60,000 nt of DNA from Malacoraja senta (Eukaryota). How positions within the stretch are numbered: the stretch's first letter is position 1; every line of letters starts with the position of its first letter. Under the pieces are notes generated by a model that saw nothing but the letters and a program-made list of their open reading frames with translations, made no database searches and was not told where the DNA came from. The stretch is taken from assembly GCA_038087875.1 (NCBI GenBank), contig CM075990.1:7132001-7192000 (forward strand), read 5' to 3'. Made by a program: the position numbers and the translations under genes. Of this stretch, positions 1 through 12,022 are shown one piece after another.

Positions 1-146
1 GAAACTCTCACAGTCACAGGGTGTACAGGGACACAATAGGCCATGGCAGACAATGGGGTAAAGAGGAGCGTGGGCTGAGGCACATCAGCCCAAGATGTAG
101 GATGATCTTCAAGCCTGGATGAGGGGCCTCTCTCTCTTTAAACCAG

Positions 147-912
147 TCAATGGTTCAATGGTCCTTTATTGTCACGTGTAGTGAGATACAGCGAAATCTG
201 ATTTACCGTACAGTCATACAAAGAAAAAGCAACACGATACATAACTACATGAAGGTTAAGCATAGACTTAAACATCCAACACAGCGGCGAGTGAGAATCC
301 CAATGCACACAGCATAAGCGGAGACCCACAGCCACCAGTTCAATGTCCGCGCCACACACACGCTCCTTGTACCGACTGCTGTGACTCTCGCTGCAGTCCC
401 TGTCCGCTCGAACAGTCAGAAAGACGTCCACACTCGCACCAGGCTCTGGGATGTCCTCACAAAGCCATGTCCCCGCAAACACCGAGATCACTGCACTCAC
501 AGCACTCCCTCCGAGTCCCCACCAGCGCAGGCAGCACGTCCATCTCGGCGACCTCACATTCCCCACCGTGATGGAAGGCAAGTAACGCATACCTTCTTTC
601 CTCCTTTTCTCCCGCGGTCGGGGCGAGCGAAACATCGACAGTCGGGGCGATCGAAGCTCCCGCAGTCTGCGATCGAAACCCCGGCGTCGGGGAGATCGAA
701 GCCCCCGCGATGTTAAGGCCGCAGTGTGGATGGAGATATGATACGAAAAAAGTTGCATCTCTGTCGAGGGAAGATATAAAAAAGTTCCCCCAACCCCAAA
801 TAATACAACAACTAAAGATACACTAAAACATACAAGTAAAAACAGACTAAAAGCAACAAAAAAAAGAGCGACGAGACAGGCTGTTGGCGAGGCTGCCATG
901 TACGGAGCCACC
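147..912 (-). mobile_element. Internally deleted Rex1/Babar-like LINE (5' leader + N-terminal APE endonuclease fragment joined to 3' tail)
   Basis: Minus-strand translation LPSITVGNVRS...GTWLCEDIP...VRADRDCSES...KERVCGADIELVAVGLR matches the start of fish non-LTR APE endonucleases. It runs straight into a 3' tail with ACAATAAA and short tandem repeats (tcaatggttcaatgg on +). Confidence 0.75.
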
Positions 913-1154
913 CGGTGGCAGTGACCAGTTGCAAATAAAGTGACCTTCCAGTGAGCCGATGCCTGGAAACTGTCCAGCAACCACTCCACGGACTCCAGGG
1001 GAAGGGGAAATGCAGATAGGTTTACACTGGGCAGTGCAAAAATCGATATATGCTTTGTGTTTATGAACATCTGTTGTAGGTTTATAAACAGCTGCCCCAG
1101 GACTTGTCTCTCAAGTTGGCAAATTTGTAATAACGAGAATAATAAAAAATAATG

Positions 1155-1281
1155 TCTGAAGAAGGGTCTCGACCAGAAACGTCACCCATTTCTTTCCAGA
1201 GATGCTGCCTGTCCCATTGAGTTACTCCAGCATTTTGTATCTATCTTTGATTTAAACCAGCATCTGCAGTTCCTTCCTACC
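1155..1281 (+). mobile_element. Penelope-like element 3' repeat with hammerhead motif
   Basis: CTGAAGA-A-GGGTCTCGACCA-GAAACGTC followed by the family tail ...gatgctgcctgtccc...cagcatctgcagttccttcctac. Confidence 0.75.
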
Positions 1282-2075
1282 CATTGCAATAAAGAGAGCT
1301 TGTTCTGAAAGTAAACCCCAGACTCCATATGAATTGTTCCTATTAACTCAGGGAGAACATGCAGACTCCACATGGACAGTACCTGAGGTCAAGATTGAAC
1401 CCAGGTTGCTGGAGCTATGAGGCAGGAGCTCTATCAGCTGCATGACTGCACTGCCCATATTTGGAAGGATATGTATTCTACCATAAAATATTAGGCAAAT
1501 CATTGCTTAATGGCAAATTAGACATTAGGGTTTGGCTTACAAGGATTTCTTGAGAAGACTGTCTATCTGATGTTAAATAGTTCATAAGAACCTGAATCAT
1601 TAAATAATTTATTTCTGACTGCTTAACAATTGTTTTTCTTGCCGAGTTACAAAAATATTAATTCTAAAACTAAATCAATAGCTTTTGATTCATGGAATTA
1701 AAAGGTAGATGTTCCAATTAACCACAAAGATTCGACATTAGCATTTTACAAAGCTTAAATTTGAATTTAAAATGTCATGAAATCTAACCTGCTAGAACAT
1801 AGACAACTTAATCCTTTCATTTATCTTCAACATTTTACGCAAGGCAAGCTATAGGCTATTGCTGTCAGTGCAATAAGCAGTTCTTTTGGAGAATTTCATT
1901 CGTGGAAATAACATGTTCCGTTGGTCTAGTCCACCAGGCAGTAGTGTGCATAGAGCGGTAAAGAAGGTATCAGATATACTTGCCTTCATTGCTCCCAGCA
2001 TTGAGTATAAGAGTCAGGAAGTTGCAGTTTTATAGGACTTTGATTAGGCTGCATTTTAATTTTTTTGAGCAGATC

Positions 2076-2347
2076 AGCACGGTGGTGTAGCGGTAGAGTG
2101 GCTGCCTTACGGCGTCAGAGACCCGGGTTCGATCCTGACTGTGGGTGCTGTCTGTACGGAGTTTGCACGTTCTCCCCGTGACCGTGTGGGTTTTCTTCGG
2201 GTGCTCGGGTTTCCTCCCACACTCCAAAGACGTGTAGGTTTGTAGGTTAATTGGCTTCTGTAAATTGGAAATTGTCCCTAATGTGTAGGATAGTGCTAGT
2301 GTCAGCGCACACTCGGTGTTCCCGCGCTGTATCTCAAAACTAAACTT
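2076..2347 (+). mobile_element. tRNA-derived V-SINE (HE1-like)
   Basis: A box (tggtgtagcggt), B box (ggttcgatcc), V-domain (gtgggtttt...ggtttcctcccacactccaaagacgtgtaggtt) and CR1-like tail (ctgtatctc...aaactaaact). Confidence 0.85.
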
Positions 2348-2369
2348 TAAAAAATCTGATCGCTCAAAA

Positions 2370-2830
2370 CAGGAAGAATGCGGAGGTGTTGGTGAGGGTG
2401 CAGACGAGGTTTATCAGAATGGTGCCTGGATCAAGGGGTATCAGCTACAGCGGGAGGTTGGACAGACATTGATCGGTTTCTCTGAAATGCCAGAGGTTGC
2501 CGGGAGACCTGACAGAGGGCTATAACATTCTGAGAGAAATAGATAGGGTAGACAGCCAGAGCCATTTTCCAAGGATGGAAAAATCAAATACGAGAGGGCA
2601 TGGCTTTAAGGTGAAAATGTAAAGGTGATGTGCAAGGCAAGGGCGATGAGTGCTTGGAATGCACTGCCCGCAATGGTGGTTAAAGCAGGTACGATAGAGG
2701 CATTGAAGAGACTTTAGGAGAGGCACATGGATATGCAGGGATATGGATTATGTGCAAGCAATAAGGATAATCTTGGTGTCGTGTTCAACACAAACCGTTC
2801 TTGTACTGTATTGTACGTTCTATGTTCAAT
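2370..2830 (+). mobile_element. CR1 LINE 3' fragment (decayed)
   Basis: CR1 ORF2 C-terminal-type sequence (ggagacctgacagag, gagggcatggctttaaggtga, tggaatgcactgcc) and tail. Confidence 0.75.
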
Positions 2831-3905
2831 ATTTTATGCAAGGAAAGCAACAAACTAGTTGTTTACAGTGCAATGAATAGTTATGTTGGAGAGTTTTTCA
2901 GTGGAAACAAGATTTTTGTGTGTTTGGGGGCAGTAGTGTGCATTGTGTGTGTGTGGAACCCTCTGCTCATTTGAGTAGCTCATTTGTTGTTGAAGCTGCT
3001 GGTTCTCGGACATCTGAATCCAATATGTTTGCCTCTTCACCGACCTCGAACTGATAAACAAATGGTATTAGATCAAAGCTCCTGTCTGCTGTAACTAATG
3101 CCCCGCTGTTTGTGTTCATATTAAGCAACTAGAATGGAGTTTCAAAAGGTATTTAGAGCAATCTGATTAGTTTTGTGTAATGATTTATGGTTTTTAAAGA
3201 ATATGTGTTGATTGCTGCCTTTGTCTACTCATTGGCATTCTGGATGCTTATCCAGCCGTTGCATGAATGTGAAATTTGAGGCAATAATGGACAGAAATAT
3301 TCACCAACGATGATCAAAGTGTGGCATTGAAAATGCATGTCAGATGCACAGGTTTAACAAGGGTGGATCTTACATGACTTTGCCCTCTTTCAAAGGACAT
3401 TGTTCCATTACAGGAGTATTGCTTACAACATGTGTGATATATTATTGCATTGATATGTTGTCACAGAATAATTGCTCAAATTCATTGCACATTATACTGA
3501 CATTTTTACTGGTATGCGCATCAAATTCCGTAGCTGTGCAATTTCTTTTGTAAGACTATAAATCAGTACCCGTGATTATTCATGCATTTCCTTATCTTTG
3601 TGCTCAGTGCTCAAATCTCGCTGTTTGCAGAACCAACACTGTTGCTCCGGTGTTATAACACAAGAAAATAGGAACAGAATTAGGCCATTCAGTGCCCCAA
3701 GCCTAACCCACCATCATGGCTGATCTATGCTAGCCACTACTCCTCTTATACCCCAGTCTCCCATATCCTTCTTTTCTGATATTCCAAAAATTGGTTGTAT
3801 TCATGTACAGTATTTTCAGATTTTGGGGTTTAGTTTAGAGATACAACAGGGAAACAGGCCTTTCAGCCCACCAAGTCCGCTCGACCAGCGATCCCCGCAC
3901 ACTAA

Positions 3906-4070
3906 TGGGCCAGTTCCAATTAGGGGATTTTTTAGGCGACCGTGGCGATAATTTCGGAGGTGCTATCGTAGGTTGTCGCCAGGTTAACGTACGTTGTCGC
4001 CAGGTGACGTAAGTTGTCGCCGGTGCTGACTTCGGTGAATTCCATTGTTCTAGCCGCTGGCAGTCGCCGA
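3906..4070. mobile_element. PIF/Harbinger-type MITE (right TIR lost)
   Basis: Starts tgggccagttccaattagg, like the 7322 copy. TAA on both sides at the SINE site cacTAAcact. Confidence 0.6.
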
Positions 4071-4273
4071 TAACACTATTCTACATACACACTTGGGACA
4101 ATTTACAATTTTTTTTTCAGCCAAGCCAATTGACCTACCAACCTGTACGTGTTTGCAATGTGGGAGGAAACCGGAGTACCCGGAGAAAACCCACTTGGTC
4201 TCAGGGAGAACGTACAAACTTTGTACAGACAGCATCCATAATCAGGATTGAACCCGGGTCCCTGGTGCAGTAA

Positions 4274-4627
4274 AACCCCTGTCCCACGGTACGAGAAACC
4301 CCTGTCCCACGGTACGAGTTCATTCCAAGAGCTCTCCCGAGTTTGCCCTGATTCGAACTCGGAGATTTACGGTAATGGCGACTCGTCGGTACTCGGGGCT
4401 CTCGTGGACATTTTTCAACATGTCGAAAAATCTTCACGAGTCTTCCCGTGCTTACCTGCCGTCAGCGAGTCTTCCTGAGTACCTGCCGTTAGCGTTACGA
4501 GCCGGTAAGAGACGTCCCCGAGCTCTGACGTACCCGCTACGTTCATTCTACGTGCTTACCACGAGTTTGATTTTTTTTTAAACTCGGGAGAGATCTTGGA
4601 ATGAACTCGTACCGTGGGACAGGGCCA
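4274..4627. mobile_element. PIF/Harbinger-type MITE with ~44-bp TIR
   Basis: cctgtcccacggtacgagttcattccaagagctctcccgagttt and its reverse complement ending at about 4623 (1 mismatch). Inserted at SINE site gcagTAAggcagc. Confidence 0.85.
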
Positions 4628-5204
4628 TTAGGCAGCAACTATACCATAGTGCCACCCTCCTCCTCTTCTTGATTTTCTTTTTCCCATTTTCATTCCTTGT
4701 TTGTGCCAGTATTTATCGTTGGGCTTTCTAATAATAAACTCTTGGAACTGGGTTGTATCCCAAGAAAATCTCAAAGGTTTCGCACTTATGTTGAAGTCAT
4801 TTAGAAATGTCAATGACTTAAATGTTGTTGCCGCTGACGGAGTAGTGGGGAGACATTGGTCAGTGACGGTGTGTACAATGGCATTTGCCAGTTGTACGCG
4901 CCACAGTGCATTTAGTTCACTGAAGTTGGTAGAGCAGATATTATGGAGAATATGGTGTTCAAAGATGCCCAATCAAATGTAGGTATGTTTCATCATATTG
5001 TCAAATAAATGCCATACTTGTATTATTCTCAATGTTGTAGTTGATGCTAATGATCGTTAGAATGGCAGTCCAAGGTATTTAGCAATATTTATAGTTCTCT
5101 GGTTACAAAGAATGTGAGTTGATCAATATGTAATAGAGAAATGTATCTGTGTCGCAATGTCACAGGAATGCATTGTGCTCATGAATGCACCCAGCTAGAT
5201 GATG

Positions 5205-5455
5205 GAGACACAAGGAATTCCAAATGCTTGAATCTTGAGCAAAACACAAAGTGCTGGAGTAACTCGAGGTCAGCGTCTGTGGAGGGATTGAGCACACAAC
5301 GTTTCAGGTTGGGACCCTCCTTCAGACACAATGGATTTGGGTTTAAATCCCTCTTCACACTCCGATCTGAAGTGTCCTGACCCGAAATGCCGCCTGTCCT
5401 TTCCCTCCACAGATGCTGCCTGACCTGCTGAGTTGTTCCAGCTCTTTGTTTTGCA
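5205..5455. mobile_element. Decayed inverted pair of Penelope-like 3' repeats
   Basis: Minus copy (...gtttcaggttgggaccctccttcagac) followed by plus copy (tctgaagtgtcctgacccgaaatg...gatgctgcctgacctgctgagtt). Confidence 0.6.
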
Positions 5456-6350
5456 CAGTTAGATTGTGATATGTTATTGATAGAAGTTTCTGCATGTTCT
5501 TTATTGCCTTCAAAGTTATGTGAAACTTGGGGGAGATTTCCGAACTTCCTTTGATTGGAATCTGTAAAAAAATCTCAAACAAGTTTCATATCTCAAACTG
5601 CAATTGGAGGAATTCTGGTTTCTTGTAAAGTTCCCTCACACATTTTGTTCAGAATATATTATTTCTTTCCTCAAATGTATCATTATATTATCATAGCAGA
5701 TGAGTACGACTGTTAGTGATAAAACATATGACATTTATTGGCTATTAAATTATTGCTTATTTAGTATTAAGTGTGCCATTCATGAAAATTGCTTTGAAGT
5801 AATTAATTAAAATTTTCACCTCAATAAAAATTGAGATTTGACATATTACATCCATGGGTACAACTGAAATTTGAAAAAGCTTATTTTATATCCTCTGTCT
5901 TGCACAATGTGTAAGACATCCCTAACACTGTTTCTGTCTCATTTTGAAAATAGTCCATGTCATGCAGCACTGGAACAGGCTCTTCCGCCCTGTTCAATGG
6001 AACTTTATTGTCAAATAAGATCATTTGATAGGAGTAAAATTAGGCCATTCGGCCCATCAAGTCTACTCCGTCATTCAGTCATGGCTGATCTATCTCTCCC
6101 TCCTAACGCCATTCTCCTGCCTTCTCCCCATAACCTCTGGTACTAATCAAGAATCTCCTCAGGGCTGCGCAGGGCATGTCTCAGTGGCTTGCCTCTTGGG
6201 GATGGGTTTCTTGGCTCTGCAGCGGACGAGCCAGGCCTTGCTGCCAGGGAGATAGGCACGGCACTCACAGTCTATCCATCATGTTTATGTGATAGGAGCA
6301 GAATTAGGCCATTCAGCCCATCAAGTCTACTCCACGATTCAATCATGGCT

Positions 6351-6540
6351 AGCTCTTTGTCCTATTTTCACATCTTACACCTCCTTATCTATGTATCTCC
6401 CTCCCGACATCAGTCAGAAGAATGGTCTCGACCCAAAACGTCACTCATTCTCTCCAGAGATGCTGCCCGTCCCGTAGAGTTACTCCAGCAATTTGTGTCT
6501 ATCTTCGGTTTAAACCAGCATCTGCAGTTCCTTCCTACAC
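6351..6540 (+). mobile_element. Penelope-like 3' repeat insertion with 14-bp TSD
   Basis: ATTCAATCATGGCT at 6337-6350 and 6541-6554. Mutated hammerhead core (cagaagaatggtctcgacccaaaacgtc). Confidence 0.8.
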
Positions 6541-6733
6541 ATTCAATCATGGCTGATCTATCTCTTCCTCCTAACCCCAATGCCATCCATACCGACCAAG
6601 ATGCCCCTTCTACGCTAGTCCCATTTACTCCAACTACGACATACTCCATATGCCCTCCACCTACTATTGTGTGGAAAAAGTTGCCTCTCAGGTTCCCATT
6701 AAGTCTTTTCCCTTTCACCTGAAACCTATGCCT

Positions 6734-7287
6734 AACCCCCACAATCAAAATGTGGATTATAGAAATGACGGAGACCTTAAACGTGGAAAGAATCAGATTT
6801 TCCCTGTTGGACAAACAGGAATTATTCGTTGGAACATGGTCTCCCTTTATTGATTATTTAAAGGGTCAGAATGGTTCAGCACAGGAACCTGACTAACACT
6901 CGGGCTAAAGAATGGATGAAACGCTATACTCTGAAATGTACGAATATATTCTCGAATGAAGTTTTTTTATTTTAATAAATTTTTCCATTCTTCTTTAATT
7001 ATCTTTCTCTTTTGTTTTTTTTTGTATTTTTTCTTTTTTTTTTTCTTTTCTTTTTTTTTCTTTTTTTTTTTCTTTCTCTTTCTCTCTCTTTTCTTCTCTC
7101 TCTTTTCTTTCTTTACTTCATCTATCTTTTTAGTTCTATCTAGTTTAAAAAAAAAAAAAAAAAAGGCAAAAGGTATTGGAGACAATGTAATAATAATTGA
7201 CAATATTATCAATTAAAAATGTAAGACTGTAATGATGTTAATAGGTTGTGTACTTATCTCCAATAAAAAATATTTTCAAAAAAAAAA
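6734..7287 (+). mobile_element. 5'-truncated L1-clade LINE (ORF2 C-terminus, 3'UTR, polyA)
   Basis: Reading TPTIKMWIIEMTETLNVERIRFSLLDKQELFVGTWSPFIDYLKG...stop at 6896 resembles the fish L1 ORF2 end. T-rich 3'UTR, AATAAA at 7262, A tail, 13-bp TSD GAAACCTATGCCT (6721-6733, 7288-7300). Confidence 0.85.
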
Positions 7288-7321
7288 GAAACCTATGCCT
7301 TCTAATTTCTTAATTATCTAA

Positions 7322-7471
7322 TGGGCCTGTCCCAATTAGGTGACTGCCAGGGACTAGTTTTAATGGAATTCACCTACGACAGCAAAATTGTTGCAAGTCA
7401 CCGAAAATGTTTCAACATGTTGAAAATTTTGCGTCAGTTGCCCCCAAAAATCGCCTAAGTGGGACAGGCCA
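7322..7471. mobile_element. PIF/Harbinger-type MITE
   Basis: TIR tgggcctgtcccaattagg / cctaagtgggacaggcca, TAA TSD. Confidence 0.85.
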
Positions 7472-8216
7472 TAAGTTCTTCATTTCTTAATCCTCTTACG
7501 TTCATAATTTCCCTATCCTGGGGAAAAGGTTTCTGGTGCATTCACCCTGTTATTCTCATCACCCGCAGCCTCCCGCACACTAAATAATGAAGTCCTAGAC
7601 TGCCTAACCTCTTCCCATAGCTCCGGCCTTCAAGTCCAAACAGCATCCTTGTAAATCTTCTCTGAACACTTTCCAGCTGAATGAAAATCCCTTAAATAGA
7701 ATTAGATTATAATTTCACAGTGACGGCTACTTGAATGAAGCTAAAGGAAGTTGAGCTATTTATTTCATTGAAATGAAAGTACTTGAGTAATTTAGAATGT
7801 CCCTATTGTGGTCAAATATCAGAACAAGTTGTGCTTATTTATTTTGCTAGGTTTTTGAAACGTTCTGTTCGCTTCACACCAGTAGGGGCAGATGCTTCAG
7901 AAATTATTTCACACCCAATAAAACTGGACTTGATGTGAATGTAGAAAGATATGTAATGAGTGAGAAATGTAGTTATCACTGCGGACAACGCAAACATGAC
8001 AGCGACAATACTACAGATGCTGAAACCCCGAAATCGAAACAGAAATGCTTGGAATACTCAGCAGGTCAGGCGGCATTTGTAGAAAGAGAAATAGAGTTGA
8101 GAGCTCCTCTTTCCACAGACGCTGCGTGACTTGCTGAGTGTTTCCTGTACTTTGATTTAGTATTAACAAAAATAATGTTTCTGAATGGAAACACATACAT
8201 TAATTGGCATGCCTAA

Positions 8217-8872
8217 CTTCAAATTCCTGGGCGTGCACTATTTCCGAAGATCTCTCCTGGTCCCAGCACACTGATGCAATTATAAAGCAAGCACATCAGC
8301 GCCTCTACTTCCCGAGAAGATTACGGAGAGTCGGTATGTCAAGGAGGAATCTCTCTAACTTCCACAGGTGCACCGTAGAGAGCCATGCTGACCGGTTGCA
8401 TCGTGGCTTGGTTCGGCAATTTGAGCGTCCAGGAGCGGAAAAGGCTGCAAAAAGTTGTAAACACTTCCCAGTCCATCATCGGCTCTGACCTCCCTACCAT
8501 CCATCGCAGTCGCTGCCTCAAAAAGGCTGCCAACTTCATCAAAGACCCACACCATCCTGGCCATACACTCATCTCTCCCCTGCCATCAGGTAGAAGGTAC
8601 AGGAGCCTGAAATCTGCAGCATCCAGGTTCAGGAATAGCTGCTTCCCCATAGCCATCAGGCTATTAAACACAACTTCAAACAAACTCTGAACTATAACAG
8701 CCTATTGCACTGTATCTGTTTATTTATGTGTATATATATATATATTCTCTGGTATATGGACACACTGATCTGTCCTGTATTTATGCTTACAATACTCTGC
8801 AGCAAGCAAGAATCTCATTGTTCTATCTGGGACACATGACAATAAACCCTCTTGACTTGACTTAACTTGACT
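8217..8872 (+). mobile_element. Rex1/Babar-like LINE 3' fragment
   Basis: FKFLGV..ISEDLSWSQHTDAIIKQAHQRLYF and LTGCIVAWFGN...IKDPHHPGHTLISPLPSGRRYRSL; tail acaataaa + (cttga)n. Confidence 0.85.
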
Positions 8873-9084
8873 TTATTGCCTTTTTGCCCACAACAATAAC
8901 TACATATCCCCTTCATTTCACACATGGGTGAATGATAGCCAGTGTTGACTCAGTGGGCCAAAGGTCCTATTTCTACACTGTTATCATTCCATGAAAAATC
9001 TGAATCTTAGGTGGATTCACTCAGTAAGTTTTAAGTTATGATCAAATTATTCTTAAGAGTTTATTTTTGTAGCCAAAATGTCAA

Positions 9085-9455
9085 GATTGAGGGGAGATCT
9101 GATTGAAGTGTATAAAATGATGAGAGGCAGAGGTAGATAGGGTAGAGTCAGAACCTTTTCCCCAGGGTGGAAATGCCAGATTAGAGGCAAGACATTTGAA
9201 ATCGAGCTTTTAGGTGAAAAGGAACAAAGTTTAAAAGGAAGGTGTCATGGGATAGTTTTTTTTAACGTAGTGTGGTGAATGCCTGGAATGTGTTGTGGGT
9301 GGCCGTGGAAGCAGAAATGTTAGGGGATTTTAGACAGATGTGGATATGCATGCAGAGGAGAGATACAGGGTCATGTGCTGGCAGAGGAGATTAGTTGAAG
9401 TTAGCATCATGTTCCGCATGGACATAGTGGGCTGAAGGGACTGTCCTGCGCTGTA
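9085..9455 (+). mobile_element. CR1 LINE 3' fragment (decayed)
   Basis: gaggggagatctgattgaagtgtataaaatgatgagagg... and tail gtgggctgaagggactgtcctgcgctgta. Confidence 0.75.
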
Positions 9456-9856
9456 GCTTAAAAAGAAATTGCCGGTAGGCATACAACAGTTCACGTGATG
9501 CCATTGACTGCAGCACAACGATCTAGTGTTTAACTTTATAGAGGTGTCTATACTCAGTACCAGCACGTGCGGGCGTACCTGTTACAACAAAAGCACTACT
9601 GAACACCAAATGTAATTGGCACTCCGGACTTTGTTGCTTTTTGTGTGCAGTTCCCCATACGTGTAGCTATGAAGAACGAGTGGAGCTGATCCCAACATAA
9701 CAGTACAGAGTGATGGAAGAGTATTGTAACCAAGGCGTGGAAGCAATTGGAGAAATTACCGGAGGCTGTATTCTGCAGAGGGTTATCTGTTCACTGCTTC
9801 TTGATTAATCAAACCTCTTTCAGATCTTGGTTTACGTACAACCTTCCAGCTATTCC

Positions 9857-10110
9857 ATATATATATACACATATGTACACCTACATACGCATACATGCAT
9901 ATATATATATATATACACACATAGCCATATATATATATATATATATGTGTGTGTATATATATGCATCTATGCGTATATATGTATGTCGGTGTACGTATAT
10001 ATATGTGTGCATATATATGTGTGTATATATGCATATATGTATAATATATAATATATGTGTATGTATATATATAGTATATATATATGTGTATGTATATATA
10101 TATATATGTG

Positions 10111-10149
<39 letters not shown>

Positions 10150-10159
10150 TATATATATA

Positions 10160-10191
<32 letters not shown>

Positions 10192-10196
10192 ATATA

Positions 10197-10257
<61 letters not shown>

Positions 10258-10293
10258 ATGTGTATGTGTGTGTGTATGTTATATATATATATA

Positions 10294-10344
<51 letters not shown>

Positions 10345-10374
10345 TATATATTATATGTGGTGTGTGTGTATATA
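9857..10374. repeat. (TA)n/(TG)n compound microsatellite
   Basis: Direct reading. Confidence 0.97.
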
Positions 10375-10989
10375 ATTAGAATAGACCACCATCTTTCTCC
10401 TTCAAATGACCCTCAAAGAGTTTAAAAGAATTAAAATATTTTAGATCTTTAAACCTCCATGTGAGAGTCATTTGAAGGGGAAAGATGGAGGCCGATGCTA
10501 ATTTAACCAGTTTGTTCTGAAGGATATGGGTAGGGATTTATTTTTCCATTCACGCATTAACAATGAATGATTTCCATGTAGTTTGTAAAAGCCAATGTTA
10601 AAAAACCCACACGCACGTTTTCCTTCTCTTAAAAAGCATAATATATTCAGTAGAGGAACAGTAAAGAGTCTGTTTACTTACAAGCTCTTTTTTTTTACAT
10701 AGTGCAAAAAACAATAAAATACATCAATAACATTGGTTGGACATTTGAAACGTCTCTTGAAAGACATCCTCAGATCTCAAATTGTGTGTGCAAATTGATT
10801 CACGCTTCAAGCAATAATTTATTGTCACAGGATTACAGGCCTTATTTTCAAAGACAACTCCATTACTGTTTTAATAAGTAAATGCATGGGCAATGGACCC
10901 ATATAGCTTCACAAGGCACAGAAAACAGGCTATGCAGCTGTCCTGGAACTGTGATTAGTGATTTAATCTTTAAAAATAAGGCATATATA

Positions 10990-12022
10990 CAGTGCCCTCC
11001 ATAATGTTTGGGACAAAGACCCGTCATTTATATATTTGCCTCTGTACTCCACAATTTGACATTTGTAATAGAAAAATCACATGTTGTTAAAGAGCACATT
11101 GTCAGATTTTATTAAAGGGTATTTTTACACATTTTGTTTTCACCTTGTGGAAATTACAGCTGTGTTTATACATAGTCCCCCCATTTCAGGGCACCAAATT
11201 GTTTTGGAGACATGGCTTCACTGGCGTTTGTAATTGCTCAGGTGTGTTTAAATGCCTCCTTAATGCAGTGGTAAGAGAACTCTCAGCACCTAGTCTTTCC
11301 TCCAGTCTTTCCATCACCTTTGCTGCTGATGGTACTGGCTCACTTATCTTCATTGATGATACAACTGCTGATGGTAGTAGCATAATGAATTCTGAAGTGT
11401 ATAGACACATCCTATCTGCTCAAGTTCAAACAAATGCCTCAAAACTCATTGACAGGCAGTTCATTCTACAGCAAGACAATGATCCCAAACATTGCTAAAG
11501 CAACAAAGGAGTTTTTCAAAGCTAAAAAATGGTCAATTCCTGAGAGGCCAAGTCAATCACCCGATCTGAACCCAATTGAGCATGCCTTTTATATATTGAA
11601 GAGAAAATTGAAGGGGACTAGCCCCCAAAACAAGCATAAGCTAAAGATGGCTGCAATACAGGCCTGGCAGAGCATCACCAGAGAAGACACCCAGCAACTG
11701 GTGATGTCCAAGAATCGCAGAATTCAAGCAGTCATTGCATGCAAAGGATATGCAACAAAATACTAAACTTGACTACTTTCATTTACATGACATTGCTGTG
11801 TCCCAAACATTATGGTGCCCTGAAGTGGGGGGGCCTATGTATAAACACAGCTGTAATTTCTACATGGTGAAACCAAAATGTATAAAAATGGCCTTAATTA
11901 AAATCTGACAATGTGCACTTTAACCACATGTGATTTTTTTCTATTACAAATCTCAAATTGTGGATTACAGAGGCAAATAAATAAATGATGGGTCTTTGTC
12001 CCAAACATTCTGGAGGGCACTG
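10990..12022 (+). mobile_element. Tc1-like DNA transposon, internally deleted, long IR-DR type TIRs
   Basis: TA|CAGTGCCCTCC...GGAGGGCACTG|TA; ~210-bp TIRs; transposase remnant inside. Confidence 0.93.
11320..11766 (+). pseudogene. Tc1 (DD34E) transposase C-terminal remnant, frameshifted
   Basis: ...MNSEVYRHIL...FILQQDNDPKH [frameshift] AKATKEFF...PSQSPDLNPIEH...AVIACKGYATKY. The N-terminal DNA-binding region and the first Asp are absent. Confidence 0.9.

Larger units (their letters stand above)
3829..4655 (-). mobile_element. V-SINE (HE1-like) interrupted by two MITEs
   Basis: Reverse-complement SINE tail at 3829, V-domain near 4150-4200, head resumes at 4631 (ggcagcaact) after the MITE. 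Confidence 0.8.
6280..7680 (-). mobile_element. CR1 LINE 3' fragment split by three nested insertions
   Basis: CR1 tail (aggccattcagcccatc...atcatggctgatcta) and ORF2 pieces (RHRFQVKGKRLNGNLRGNFFHT on minus) continue across the inserts. Confidence 0.7.

Noticed and set aside
2076..2150. tRNA-like sequence with A and B boxes
   Set aside because: It is a SINE head continuing into the V-domain, not a tRNA gene
4916..4983. Possible plus-strand exon ending at gtatgt
   Set aside because: Weak acceptor and unrecognised peptide
6956..7216. Poly-F and poly-K ORFs
   Set aside because: Low-complexity L1 3'UTR
9747..10425. YI-repeat ORFs
   Set aside because: (TA)n microsatellite
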